64,000 nt of DNA from Rebecca billardiae RCC1528 (Eukaryota > Protista > Haptophyta): the NCBI GenBank assembly GCA_965240325.2, contig OZ251235.1, positions 1,984,001 through 2,048,000 on the forward strand, given 5' to 3'. Numbering within the stretch: the stretch's first letter is position 1; every line of letters begins with the position of its first letter. The notes under the pieces are model-generated. The model was not told the DNA's origin and searched no databases. It saw only the letters and a program-made list of their open reading frames with translations. Shown here in pieces: positions 1 through 10,471 of this stretch. The position numbers and the translations under genes were made by a program.

Positions 1-600
1 GACCACCACCACCGGCTCGCGCAGGTTGGGCACGCCGCCCAGCTCGAGCGGCGAGATCGACTCCCAAAAGTCCGGCTCTGCAATCTCGAGCAGCGCGAGA
101 TCGCACTCGTGCGCGACGACGCGCGCGCGCGCGACGTAGCGCCGCGCGGAGCCCGACTTGCGCACCTCGATCAGCGTGGAGTCGGCGACCACGTGCGCGT
201 TCGTCAGCACGTAGTTGCTCCCGCCCTCGCGGATGATCAGCCCGGAGCCGGTCGACGACTCGGGCGGGTGCGACTGCCACGGCAGCTCGTAATTCGGACG
301 GCACATGACGGAGAAGATCTTGACGACGGAGCGGTGGCGCCGCGACTCGTCGACGTCGGCCTGCGACGGCTTCAATGCGCGCGCGCGGCCGAAGAAGTCC
401 GTGCGGCCCGCCTCCTCGCCCGCCGCCGCCGCGCCGTCGCGCTCGGCGCGATCGGATGCGCCGCCTGCCGCGCGCACCACGCTGCGAGGCGGGCGGGCTG
501 CGCGGCCCAAGACGGGCTGGGACGCACCGCGAAGCACGCGCGACGGTGGGCCACCCGCGGCGACGATCGCCACGGCGATCAGCGCGCGCACGGCCCACAT
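1..600 (-). CDS. Deg/HtrA-family trypsin-like serine protease, N-terminal part (runs off window)
   Basis: Not in the ORF track. Manual translation from ATG at 600 gives MWAVRALIAVAIVAAGG (signal-like)...SVVKIFSVMCRPNYELPWQ...STGSGLII...VLTNAHVVADSTLIEVRK...HECDLALL, matching the DegP2/9/10-type motifs with catalytic His and Asp. Confidence 0.88.
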   Translation of the reverse strand, partial: MWAVRALIAVAIVAAGGPPSRVLRGASQPVLGRAARPPRSVVRAAGGASDRAERDGAAAAGEEAGRTDFFGRARALKPSQADVDESRRHRSVVKIFSVMCRPNYELPWQSHPPESSTGSGLIIREGGSNYVLTNAHVVADSTLIEVRKSGSARRYVARARVVAHECDLALLEIAEPDFWESISPLELGGVPNLREPVVVV

Positions 601-941
601 CGCTGCGCGCGTCGGCGATGGATGAAGGGGTTGTCGTCGATGGCGCCGGTCCTCGTCGTCGTCGGACTTTTTTTTTTCCCATTCATATTCGCGTCGCGCT
701 TATATTCGGGACGAAAATACTAAAATAGCCAAGCTGCCCGGCCGGAAAGTGCGCCGCACTGCCGCTGTAGCTAGATCTCCTCCGGACTGCGCTGCCATCG
801 TTACTCGGCGGCACTCGCGTAGTCGCGTGAAGCGAGGGCGATGGCGGAGAGCTTACCATTGTCAGTCGTTCACTACCAGCCAGGTGGCGGTGCGTCTCGC
901 CACTCATGACTCACTGAGTCACTACGGTCACACTCAGTGAC

Positions 942-2348
942 TCACCAGGCTCTCGGCCCGGAGTACACGGGCAGCGGGTGCGGCGCGCCGGGCGGCCGCT
1001 TGAGGATGTCGAAGAAGACCGGCACGACCCCGTCGCGCAGGACCGCCAGCGCGTCGCGCTCGGCGTCCGGCGGCGCCGCGGCCTCCGCGGCGCACAGCTC
1101 GGCGAGCACGCGGCACTCGTGAATCTGGTGCGCGCGGTACGGGTGCAGGGGTGGCACCATCTCGTCGTCGTCCGCGCCGGCGGGGGCGCGCGCCGCGGCG
1201 GCCTCGGCGGCGGAGCTCATCGCGTGCGCGAGGTCGAAGAGCACGAGCGCGCGCGCGTGCTCGCGCGGCACGCTGTGCGTGCCCAGCTGCCCGTAGAAGC
1301 GCACCATCCCCACCTCGGCCAGCGCGTCGGGCAGCCGGCGCTCGGCGCCCAGCTCGAACAGCTCGAGCGCGCTCTCATAATGTCCCTTCTCGCGCGCGTG
1401 CACGCCCATGTTGAAGCAGGCCGTGCCCGTGCGGTCGATGGGCGCGGCGAGGCGCGCGGCGCGCCGCTCGAGCTCGCGCGCGCCCACGTGCCCGGCGGGG
1501 CGGCGCTGCGCGTACTCGACGGCGGTCTGGATGCACTCGAGCGCGTGCCCTTCGAGCACGCGCGCCATGCGCTCGCCTGAGTCGCCGCGCGGGGCGGCGA
1601 GGCCCTGGGAGATGAGCTGCGCGTTCCGGATCGGGTACGCGCCGACGGCGACGCCCGCGAGGTCGAGGTACACGCGCGCGCAGCGCAGCAGCGCGCTGCC
1701 CGCGCCGAGCAGCGCGCCGGTTTTCTCCAGCCGCCGCGCCGCCCTCTTGAGCTCTTCGAGCTCGCTCTTGTCGAGCTCGCGGTTGCTGCCAAAAAGCGTC
1801 ACCGCGGCGTTCACCCGGTCGACGAGGGAGATGGCGCGGCAGTTCGGGAGGCGCTTGCCGAGGAAGATCAGCGGGTCGTGCCCGCCGTTCAGGTCGGTGA
1901 AGAAGAAGTCGTCGGGCACGCCGAGGCTGAGCGCGTACGCCTCGCGCTTGCGCTCGGCCGGCGCCTCGAACGCCTCGGGCCGGACCAGCTCCTCGATCGG
2001 CGGCGGCAGCTCGGCCATGAGCGCGGCGAGGGCGCCGTACGCGTCGACGTCCAGCGGATTGGCATCGTGCGCGCGGCGCGCGTCGGCGATGCGGCGGCGC
2101 AGCTCGCTCAGCTCGGCGCGAGGCGTGGGCTCGAGATTGGTCGGCTTCACTTTGAGCCCGCCCGCCTCGCCGTCAAAGTGCACGGCCCAGCGCTGCGCCT
2201 GCTCGTCAAACTGCTTGAGCGTGCATACGCGCCCGTTCAGATCCGCGCGGCTCACGAGGCTGTGGATGATCGCCTCGCGCCCGGGCTGGAGGGAGGGGGT
2301 GAGGTCGGCCGGCTCGACGTCCATCGCGGCGGGCTGGGCCTGGGCCAT
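942..2348 (-). CDS. Hypothetical protein with N-terminal SH3/KOW-like module and Sel1/TPR-like repeats
   Basis: 468-aa ORF with normal composition. N-terminal GREAIIHSLVSRADLNGRVC...RWAVHFD...LKVKPTNLE module, then Sel1-like ACFNMG...ALELFELGAERRLPDALAEVGMVRFYG. Confidence 0.65.
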   Translation of the reverse strand: MAQAQPAAMDVEPADLTPSLQPGREAIIHSLVSRADLNGRVCTLKQFDEQAQRWAVHFDGEAGGLKVKPTNLEPTPRAELSELRRRIADARRAHDANPLDVDAYGALAALMAELPPPIEELVRPEAFEAPAERKREAYALSLGVPDDFFFTDLNGGHDPLIFLGKRLPNCRAISLVDRVNAAVTLFGSNRELDKSELEELKRAARRLEKTGALLGAGSALLRCARVYLDLAGVAVGAYPIRNAQLISQGLAAPRGDSGERMARVLEGHALECIQTAVEYAQRRPAGHVGARELERRAARLAAPIDRTGTACFNMGVHAREKGHYESALELFELGAERRLPDALAEVGMVRFYGQLGTHSVPREHARALVLFDLAHAMSSAAEAAAARAPAGADDDEMVPPLHPYRAHQIHECRVLAELCAAEAAAPPDAERDALAVLRDGVVPVFFDILKRPPGAPHPLPVYSGPRAW

Positions 2349-2540
2349 CTTGGGCCGTGGCGTGTTGTCGATATTATGTCGCGGCTCAAAAGTCCGGCGG
2401 CCGCCATCCGGCTTATTTCAACTTCCGGTGAGCCGTTGGAGGCGAGAGGCGGCAAGAGCTGCCACTGCCACCGCCATCGCCCCGCTGCACTGCGCGAAGG
2501 GCGGCGCGAGGGGCTGGGCAGCTGCTCGCGCGCCGCCGCC

Positions 2541-5237
2541 ATGCAGGCCTCGTACGCGCCGCGCACGTACTGGGTGGACGATCCGATCGACAACTTCCGC
2601 CTGCGCGTCACCCTCTACCAGGACGGCCCCGAGCGCGCCGACGCGGCCAGCCTGCCGACCCAGCCCGAGCGCGCGGACGAGAAGGAGTCGCTGCTCGGCG
2701 GCGTGAGCCGGCGGCGGCGGCGCGCGCGCAAGGGCGACGAGCGCGCGGCGCAGGAGGCGTCATTCGCCTCCCAGGAGCACGCGTCGTACGACTCGCCCGC
2801 CGCCGCCGCGCCCGGCACGCGCGCCAACCCGTACGTGCGCGAATTCGCATGGCAGGAGAAAGTGATTGGCCCGGCCGAGGTGCGCGCGTACCGCGAGCGC
2901 GAGCGGCGCTCGGCGCTCGGGCAGGGGATCGAGGCGCTCGGCACGGGGCTGCGCAGCCTCTTCGCCCAGCCCGCGCCGGACACCAGCTTCCGCGACCGCT
3001 CGTACGCCGAGCAGATCGCTGCGCTCGACGACGAGGCGCAGGCCGCGACCGGACGACCGTTTGCCGGCGAGGTGCTGCACTCGAAGGTGCACGTCGACCG
3101 GTTCGTCGACCGGCGCGAGCTGCGCGCGCGGATGACGACGAGCGAGCTCGAGGAGCCCAGCCCGCTCACCCACGCCGTGCTCTCCGGCCGCGCGCTCGAG
3201 CCGCTGCCGCTCGCGCCCGCGCGGCCGGGCGTGCCTGCGCCCACGCCGCCTCCGTACCAGCTCATGCACATTGTCGCCGATCTGGGCGAGCGCTCGCAGC
3301 CGGCGAGCGCGGCGGCGCGCGCGCGCGCGGGCGAGGACGACGACGACGAGCAGGCGGGGCCCGACCGCACCCTCTTCGTGCTGTGCACGCTGCGCGCGTA
3401 CGCGAACGGCCGGCTCGACATGACGCCCGGATTTTCGAACGAGGGCGTCGAGCTCGAGCCGGACTTGGACGAGTCCGGGGCGCCGCCGCCGCCGGGCGGC
3501 GGCGCGGCGGCGGGGCTGCTCGCGGGCGGCGGCGCGGGCGGCGGCGCGCGGGCGAAGGGGTGGCACCGCCTCACCGCGCGCGACGGCAAGGTCTGGCGCT
3601 TCCGGCTTGACAACTTGGCCGAGCGGCTCGTGAGCGAGACAGAGCGACGCGCGGAGCGCGGCGCGCGCGTGCACGAGCTGATCGCGCGGCAGAACCCGTT
3701 TGGGGGCGGCACGGCGTTCACGCCGCCGCCGCCGAAGGGCGCGGTGGTGCTCAACGTGCTCGGCGAGCTGGTGGGCGCGCACGGCTTCGACGCCGCCTCG
3801 CTCTCCGCGCAGTACTTTGTCCATGTGAACGAGGGCTGGACGGTCTCCGCGTCGTCGTCCGTGCACGGCATGACGCAGGCGTGTCTACCCAAGTGGGTAC
3901 CGGCGGAGCGTGAGTACGAGCACATCGTGCACTTCGGGCTGCCGCTCGAGCTGACGCTGAGCAACCCGAGCTGGGGCGCGCGCGGCGGCGCGGACGACGG
4001 CGCGGGCGCCGGACTCTCCGCCTCGGGCGCGGGCTCCACCGCTGCCGCCACGCTGTTTGTGCAGCTGCTCTCGCGCGACCGCTTCGATCGGCACATGGTC
4101 GAAGGGTACGGGCACGTGGCGATTGCGCCGAGCGCGGGCGCGTGCACGCACCGCGTGCGCACGTGGCGGCCGGCCGCGTCGGCCGCGGCGAGCGTGCGCC
4201 GCTTCTTCGTGCACGAGGTGCGCCCGCGCCGCGCGCGCGCGCCATGGCCGAGCGCCGCGCGCCGCCCCGCGCGCCGCCCCATTCGGGCGCCGCCTGCGGC
4301 CCACCGCCTCGCCGGCCGCCCCGCCCGCGCGCGCCGCCGCCCTCCTGACCACCGCGCCGGCCGGCGCCCGCAGGGAGATGAGATCTCCGACCTGCGGTAC
4401 GTGGGCGTCCCGAGCGGCGTGCCATCGAAGGGCCTCAACAAGTACGGCTTCGCCAGCGAGAAAGCGGGTACGTGCGCGGCGCGCGCGCCCGTGGGCGCAC
4501 CGCCCGCCCCCGGCCGCACGCGCGCGCCCGGTCGTGCGGGGCCCGGAGACTTCCCGGAAACGCCCGGGCGAACGTCGCCGCGAGCGGCCGGGGGCGCGCG
4601 CCGGGCTCGTGCGCTGTGGCATGCGCGCCGACGCGCCGCCGCCGCCACGCCGCCGCGCGCGCGGCGCGCACGCGCGCTCGCAGGCACCGTCGTGATTCGT
4701 CTGAGCTGCATCACGCAGCAGGCGCAGCCCAAGCCGGCGCCGCAGCAGCACTCGGACGAGCGCGGGAGCGCCGGGCACGAGGGCCTGGCGCGCGGCGGCA
4801 CGGCCGCCTCCGCGGGCTCGACGATGAGCAAGGCAGACCGTGTGCGCATGAAGCTCGAGCAGCGAGCAAGGGAGCGGGAGGCTGCGGCCGAGCGCGCTCG
4901 CACCGCCGCCTCCGAGCGGCTCTCAACCACGCGCCCGTCCACCGCCGCCTCCATCGAGGGCGGGGCGTCGCTGCGGCCGCCGTCCGCGCGCTCGGGGCCG
5001 GCCGCTGATCGCAAGGCGAGCGACGAGCTCGAGGCCGAGGAGACGCCATCGCGCGAGCTCTCGGCGCGCGGGCGCCGCGCCAGGGCCGCCCGGCGCGCTT
5101 CCACCGGAGCCGAGGAGGATCGAGACCCCGCCGCGAGCGCAGGCGATGACGTGCGCCCTGCGACCACGCCGGCCACGGGGCTCGGCGCCGCTGCGGCGGA
5201 CGAATCGTCGGAGTCGCCGCTCGTGAAGCTGAGCTGA
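2541..5237 (+). CDS. MKS1: MKS1, B9-domain ciliary transition-zone protein. Inferred introns 4218-4373 and 4468-4683
   Basis: N-terminus TYWVDDPIDNFRLRVTL, motifs FAWQEKV and LCTLRAYANGRLDMTPGFS, B9 domain (GELVGAHGF...HFGLPLELTL...VEGYGH...TWRP), then LNKYGF. The two Arg/Ala-rich inserts are bounded by GT..AG. Confidence 0.88.
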   Translation: MQASYAPRTYWVDDPIDNFRLRVTLYQDGPERADAASLPTQPERADEKESLLGGVSRRRRRARKGDERAAQEASFASQEHASYDSPAAAAPGTRANPYVREFAWQEKVIGPAEVRAYRERERRSALGQGIEALGTGLRSLFAQPAPDTSFRDRSYAEQIAALDDEAQAATGRPFAGEVLHSKVHVDRFVDRRELRARMTTSELEEPSPLTHAVLSGRALEPLPLAPARPGVPAPTPPPYQLMHIVADLGERSQPASAAARARAGEDDDDEQAGPDRTLFVLCTLRAYANGRLDMTPGFSNEGVELEPDLDESGAPPPPGGGAAAGLLAGGGAGGGARAKGWHRLTARDGKVWRFRLDNLAERLVSETERRAERGARVHELIARQNPFGGGTAFTPPPPKGAVVLNVLGELVGAHGFDAASLSAQYFVHVNEGWTVSASSSVHGMTQACLPKWVPAEREYEHIVHFGLPLELTLSNPSWGARGGADDGAGAGLSASGAGSTAAATLFVQLLSRDRFDRHMVEGYGHVAIAPSAGACTHRVRTWRPAASAAASVRRFFVHEVRPRRARAPWPSAARRPARRPIRAPPAAHRLAGRPARARRRPPDHRAGRRPQGDEISDLRYVGVPSGVPSKGLNKYGFASEKAGTCAARAPVGAPPAPGRTRAPGRAGPGDFPETPGRTSPRAAGGARRARALWHARRRAAAATPPRARRARALAGTVVIRLSCITQQAQPKPAPQQHSDERGSAGHEGLARGGTAASAGSTMSKADRVRMKLEQRAREREAAAERARTAASERLSTTRPSTAASIEGGASLRPPSARSGPAADRKASDELEAEETPSRELSARGRRARAARRASTGAEEDRDPAASAGDDVRPATTPATGLGAAAADESSESPLVKLS

Positions 5238-6013
5238 GGTTGAACTCCGAGAATACGACGTCGGGTGCGACTGCGAGGTGGCGCCACTGCCCCGCCGGAC
5301 CCGGTCGGCCGGCGGCCGTCGGTCGGCGCTGAGTGGACGTGGCTGGCACGCACCGCGGCGTGCGACTCCGCCTCCGAAGGCCAGGTCATCCGACGCGAAA
5401 AGTCAGAGTCACAAGCACGTCGGAGCGCCGACGCGGCCCGCGGGCGCCGCCTGCAACTAAAACCCGGGATGGTCGCGTGACGGTTACGGCCTACGGCTAC
5501 GGGATGACTGAGACTCGCGGTCCGCGATGTAGTCGAATTCTGTCGATGTCGTCGAGTATGTCGACGATATGACGGTCCGGTGAGGCGGTCCGGTCAGGCG
5601 GGTCACGGACACGGCGAGTGACTGGCCGCCGCGGCACCGCTGACACTGATGACGATCTATGCTGATGAGAGTCCGCGGCGGTGCGCTGACAATCCGATGA
5701 TTATTGCTACATGACTGTGATGGCTATAAACACCAACGTCGGTCGGCCGGCGGAACGCCCGATAAGCCGATGGGCCTCTGCGTGGCCCAGTCCGCCAGTG
5801 CCAGTGGGCCAATGGCGACCCGGACCCGGCGTGGCAGTCAGACTCGGGCCAGTAGGAACGGCTCACAATGTCGACGGCGTCGGGCGACGCCGCCGAGCCA
5901 CGAGCAAGCGCTCTCCACGCGAAGCCGGGTACGCCCGAGTGCACTCGTGGCTTCCCGTGTCTGAGGTGCGTGTCACGTCTGCGCCCGTGCCGCCCGTGCA
6001 GCCGTGCGTGCGC

Positions 6014-6385
6014 TCACATGCCGCCCATGGAGAAGATGAGGAAGGCGATGATGACCGCGCCGATGGTGATGCCCAGGCCGATCGGGATCGCGAGGACGAG
6101 TGGGCTCCCGAGCGCGCCCTGCACGAGGCCCGGCAGCGAGTTGATGTCGAAGTCCTCCGACACATCCGCGGCGAGCTGCATGAGCGAGCTGAACGCGTGG
6201 CCGTCATCGGGCGGCAGCAGCATGGACGCAGAGGCCCGTCGAGCGGGCACGGGCCGAGGGGCGATGTGGGGGCGTGCCACCGCCGCGAGGCCGCGCGAGG
6301 CGGCGGGGCCCTGCGTGGCGAACGCGCACGCGAGGCCCACGTGCATCAGCAGCATCGCAGTGAGTGCGCCGCGTGCCATCGTCAT
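6014..6385 (-). CDS. Small putative plastid-targeted single-pass membrane protein
   Basis: Signal peptide ending ACA-F, an Arg/Ala-rich transit-like segment, an acidic stretch and a C-terminal hydrophobic helix (LVLAIPIGLGITIGAVIIAFLIFSM). Confidence 0.65.
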   Translation of the reverse strand: MTMARGALTAMLLMHVGLACAFATQGPAASRGLAAVARPHIAPRPVPARRASASMLLPPDDGHAFSSLMQLAADVSEDFDINSLPGLVQGALGSPLVLAIPIGLGITIGAVIIAFLIFSMGGM

Positions 6386-6565
6386 GACGGTGCCGAGCAC
6401 ACCAATTCCCCGCGCGCGCCGCGCGGGGGCCGCGATCACCGTGAGAAACGATGGCGTCCCCGGACCAGCCGCACAAATCAGCACAAATTGCCGCCTCGAG
6501 TGCGTCCGGTGCACGGGCTGCCGCCGTGACCGAGCTCATAGCCAGGCGGAAAGCCCAGCGCCGCG

Positions 6566-8008
6566 ATGGAGGTCGCGCGGCTCGTGCGCACCTTCATGGT
6601 GGTCGGCCTCGTCGGCACCATCATCCACCTCACGAGCGCATTCGTGAGCCCGATCGTGCCCCTCTTCATCATCGGGCTGCTGTACTTTCTGATGCAGATC
6701 CCCGGCGGGCCGGGCCCAGAGCGCACGCCGCCGTTCTTTGACGAGCAGCCATTAGGAAGCGGGCTGAGCTATGGCGTGGCGGCGGTGCAGGGCGGCCGCC
6801 CGTACATGGAGGACATGCACCAGGTTGTCAGCTTCAACGGCGGCGCGAACGGCGTGGGGAGCGGAGCCGTGGGCGCCGTGAGTGGCAATAGCAACAACAT
6901 GGCGCTGCATTCTGCGGTCGCGGACTCTGTCGGCCTGATGAACTTTTTCGCGGTGTACGACGGGCACGGCGGCAAGCTCGCCGCGCAGTACGTGCACAAG
7001 CACCTTGTCTCGCGCATCGTGCACTCCCTCGAGCAGAACGTCGGCGCCGCCGACGCGGCGCCCGCCGACGAGGGCTCTCAGGAGCTCGTGTTGCACAAAG
7101 CCATCCGAGAGGGGTTTCTACAGGCGGACGAGGCGTTCATACGGGTGCGCGGCGGCGCGCCCGCGCGCGGCGGCGGCGCGTACTGCGCGCGCGCGCGCGC
7201 CCTCGCGCGCCCTCGCCGCGCGCCACCTCGCTCAGCCTGCGCGCCCGCCCGCGCGCGCGCGCGCGCGCGCTCCGCGCGCCGCCGCGCAGGGCGCTGCCAA
7301 GCTCGGCCTCTCAGACGGCTCGACCGCCATCGCGGCGCTGCTGCAGCGCAACGGCGTGCTCACCGTGGCCAACGTGGGCGACTCGCGATGCGCGCTCGTG
7401 CGCAAGGACGGCAGCTGCGTGGCGCTGAGCAGCGACCACAAACCAAACCGCCCAGACGAGAAGGCGCGCGTGTGCGCAGCGGGCGGTTGGGTCGTGCACC
7501 AGGGCTGCTGGCGTGTAGCCGGGGACCTGGCGGTGTCGCGCGCGTTCGGGGATCGGCATCTGAAGCGGTACGGCGTGTGCGCCGACCCGGAGATCACGCG
7601 CTTTGTGGTCGCGCCGACCGACGCGTACCTCGTCCTCGCGTCGGATGGGCTGTGGTGCGCGGCCGCGCCGCGCGCGCGCCCCTGCGCCAGCCAGCCTGCG
7701 CCCGCGGCGGGGCGCCGTGCCGAGCGCGCGCTGACTCGCGCGCTCGGCACACGCGCCGCGCACGCGCGGTGGTGGCGCGATCGATGGCGCGCAGGGACGT
7801 GGTGAAGGAGCCGGCGTGCGGGCAGGTGCTGAGCAAGTGCTCGTCCTCGCTCGAGGGCGCAAAGGCCCTGTGCAACCTCGCACTGCGGCGGGGCTCGGGG
7901 GACAACATCTCTGTCCTCATCATCGACCTGCAGCGCTTCGCGCCCTCGAGTCGCGCTCCGAGAGAAGCGGCGGCCGCGGCGAGAAGCGTATCGTCGCACG
8001 AGGACTGA
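6566..8008 (+). CDS. PP2C/PPM protein phosphatase with two N-terminal TM helices. Inferred introns 7145-7289 and 7655-7794
   Basis: Motifs QGGRPYMED, FFAVYDGHGG, GSTA, ANVGDSR, DHKP, LAVSRAFGD, LASDGLW|D and GSGDN are joined in frame once both introns are removed. Confidence 0.93.
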   Translation: MEVARLVRTFMVVGLVGTIIHLTSAFVSPIVPLFIIGLLYFLMQIPGGPGPERTPPFFDEQPLGSGLSYGVAAVQGGRPYMEDMHQVVSFNGGANGVGSGAVGAVSGNSNNMALHSAVADSVGLMNFFAVYDGHGGKLAAQYVHKHLVSRIVHSLEQNVGAADAAPADEGSQELVLHKAIREGFLQADEAFIRVRGGAPARGGGAYCARARALARPRRAPPRSACAPARARARARSARRRAGRCQARPLRRLDRHRGAAAAQRRAHRGQRGRLAMRARAQGRQLRGAEQRPQTKPPRREGARVRSGRLGRAPGLLACSRGPGGVARVRGSASEAVRRVRRPGDHALCGRADRRVPRPRVGWAVVRGRAARAPLRQPACARGGAPCRARADSRARHTRRARAVVARSMARRDVVKEPACGQVLSKCSSSLEGAKALCNLALRRGSGDNISVLIIDLQRFAPSSRAPREAAAAARSVSSHED

Positions 8009-8459
8009 GCTGTCCGCCAGGGCCGGCTGCGGAGCCCTCGCGCTGACAATATCACAACACCGACTACGGGCCGCACTGATCTAAGCTGAGCTTCGGGCAC
8101 AATCATGGCGGTCACGGGTCTGACGCGGGAGCGGACTCGAAGAGTCCGATCGTCCGATCGCAAGGTCCGCTATTACCGGGTCCGGCGCGGGCGGCTGGGA
8201 CAGTGCGGGTCCGCCGTCGGCCGTGACGGCTGTGAGCCGGCCGCGGTGCCCCGCCGGCGGGACTGTGATCGACTAATTATCTGTCGTCTGTCTGAATGAC
8301 TGATACGGCTAGCAGTCGATACTCTACGATTGAATAAGTTGAACTCGATTCGCCGACACAGTTAGTTACTGAGGCTCATTCGGTCCACTGCTTTATAAAG
8401 TGCTGAGTGTGCTGACTGCTGCCGTCAGCTGCTTATTCACGGATCAGTGAACACTAAGC

Positions 8460-8464
<5 letters not shown>

Positions 8465-8529
<65 letters not shown>
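8465..8529. repeat. (TA)n microsatellite
   Basis: About 32 perfect TA units. Confidence 0.97.
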
Positions 8530-8532
<3 letters not shown>

Positions 8533-9259
8533 ATACAGTTTGACGGCTGCGGGCGCCGAACGACGGTTGTTGCATATACATATATATGAATGAGAGGCGT
8601 CATTACCTGCTATACCACTGCTAGCTAGAGTTACTGTCGTCAGGCTCAGGCTGGGCACTGGGCAGGGCACACAGCTGACCCGCCGTCCGGAGCTCTGATC
8701 AGTCCATCATATTCATGTACATGATGATCAGTCAGTGCGTCTCGACTCTCGTATTCTTTCTTCGAGCGCTGCCTGCTGAGTGTCGACGATCGGGCACTGC
8801 CGCCGACGAATCAGGAGACCCGCGTCGTCCTACCTGTGTCGTTAAATCATAGAATGAGTAAACTGTAGCTACTGACGATCACTGAATGAAGCCTGCTGTC
8901 ATAGGCTGTAGCTACCTTTCAGACCGTCGTACTCGTAGCACGCACACTCTGTCCGCAGGATGCTGGGTAATCCGACGAGGAGTAAAGCCCAGCCCGAGCG
9001 GAGGCCGGACGGGGAGGGAGCGGTAATTCCACGGCATCGATTTTCATAGAACGCGCGGCATCGTGGACATGCATCTTGCCCGCGACGATCGACACCGGCA
9101 CTGCGGCAGTGGCCTCCGCCGGCTGCAAAGGCAAGGCGGCCACCATCGCGATTCGCGAATTGGCCCCTGCTTGACGCTGCCTGACGGCTGACAAGTGGAC
9201 CGAGCCTGCCGCCGAGCTGGCCAGGCGCTCGCTGCGCGCTTGAAGGGGGTGGCGCGAGC

Positions 9260-10471
9260 ATGGCGGCCTCGTGCCTGGCGCTCCTGGCCGTCGTCACCGT
9301 GGTTGCTCGAGTGAACAACGAGACCGCCTTCAAGCTGGCGCAGGCGCACGCGGTGGCCGACCACATGTTCATGCGACTGGAGAACATCTCGCTGTCCGTG
9401 GGGAACGTGGACAACTGCTCGCGTGGAGTGGACGTGCCGACGTACTGGATCAACCTGGACACATCGATTGATCGACGAAAGTTCTTCCTGAAGTCCCTGA
9501 GACGCAGTGGCATCACGACTCCCATGGAGCGCGTTCCAGCTGTGCGCGGCGGGCGCTACTGGCGCAACCCAGTCAAGTCCTCAGGGTTTGCGTGGAGGTC
9601 GAAGGGCGAGCTGGGCTGCGCGCTCTCCCACCTCAAGGTTGCTCGAAGGCTCCTCGACGACGGCCACGATGCCGCCCTCGTCCTCGAGGACGACGCTGAC
9701 CTCACGTTCTGGCGGCTGTGGCCGTACTCCTTGCGACAGATCATCAACAAACTTCCGCCAAACTGGACGACCTTGAGCCTGCAGCACTGGCTCAACGAGT
9801 CCACGTTCAGGGAGTCGACCAATCGGCTAGTACTGGAGAGCGGTGCGTCTGCCCCCGTCAACAAGTCCGCGTTCATCGTGAACACGGAGTACACTGAGGA
9901 GGTCTGGGGGACTACTGCATACCTCATGTCTCGGCGGTGGGCAGCACGGCTCTGCTCATACACACTCGGCTGCACCGCCTTGCATCGCAATCGCATCCCG
10001 ATCGACACGCATAAGACCGGCGCAGATCACCTGCTCTACCGCATGAACGGGCACGTCACCTTCGTTCTTTGGCCCCAGTACATCGTGGTCTCTTCTCCAA
10101 CGCGGAAGTCGTTCTCGACCATAACTAAGCAACTCCATCGCGCCGCGCGCGACAGACAAAAGATCTTGCAGCTGGCGCTCGACAACAGTGCCCACCTGAT
10201 CAGGCTTCTGCAGGACAATGCTGGCGCAGGGACCGCGGCGGCCGTGCCACCCCTGATGGTCTTTTCAGGCGGGAACACCTGTTTCAAGCCTCACGCCGCC
10301 GCCCTCTCGAACAGCACGCCCGCGCCAATGCGATTTCTGCTGCTCATTCGCCAGCTGCGTTACCCGCGCTGCTCGAACCACAACTGCACGCGAGAGAAGA
10401 ATTGGCGCGTATTTCGATCCTCAGCGCGCACGTGCCACGCACCGCAGCGTCCACCTTCAGGCTGGTATTGA
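9260..10471 (+). CDS. Glycosyltransferase family 25 (LgtB/Lex1-like), intronless, with N-terminal signal or anchor
   Basis: YWINLDTSIDRR, ERVPAVRG, GELGCALSH, LVLEDDA, GTTAYLMS, ADHLL. Confidence 0.87.
   Translation: MAASCLALLAVVTVVARVNNETAFKLAQAHAVADHMFMRLENISLSVGNVDNCSRGVDVPTYWINLDTSIDRRKFFLKSLRRSGITTPMERVPAVRGGRYWRNPVKSSGFAWRSKGELGCALSHLKVARRLLDDGHDAALVLEDDADLTFWRLWPYSLRQIINKLPPNWTTLSLQHWLNESTFRESTNRLVLESGASAPVNKSAFIVNTEYTEEVWGTTAYLMSRRWAARLCSYTLGCTALHRNRIPIDTHKTGADHLLYRMNGHVTFVLWPQYIVVSSPTRKSFSTITKQLHRAARDRQKILQLALDNSAHLIRLLQDNAGAGTAAAVPPLMVFSGGNTCFKPHAAALSNSTPAPMRFLLLIRQLRYPRCSNHNCTREKNWRVFRSSARTCHAPQRPPSGWY

Noticed and set aside
1878-2540. N-terminal extensions in the ORF track (also 24869-25225, 40790-40960, 54604-54744)
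   Set aside because: They rely on GTG/TTG starts or overlap divergent genes; homology begins at downstream ATGs.
2615-5389. Very long antisense and alternate-frame ORFs (e.g. 924 aa here, 867 aa at 18084-20687, 845 aa at 37635-40172)
   Set aside because: Arg/Ala/Pro-rich shadows of real genes; stop codons are rare at this GC content.
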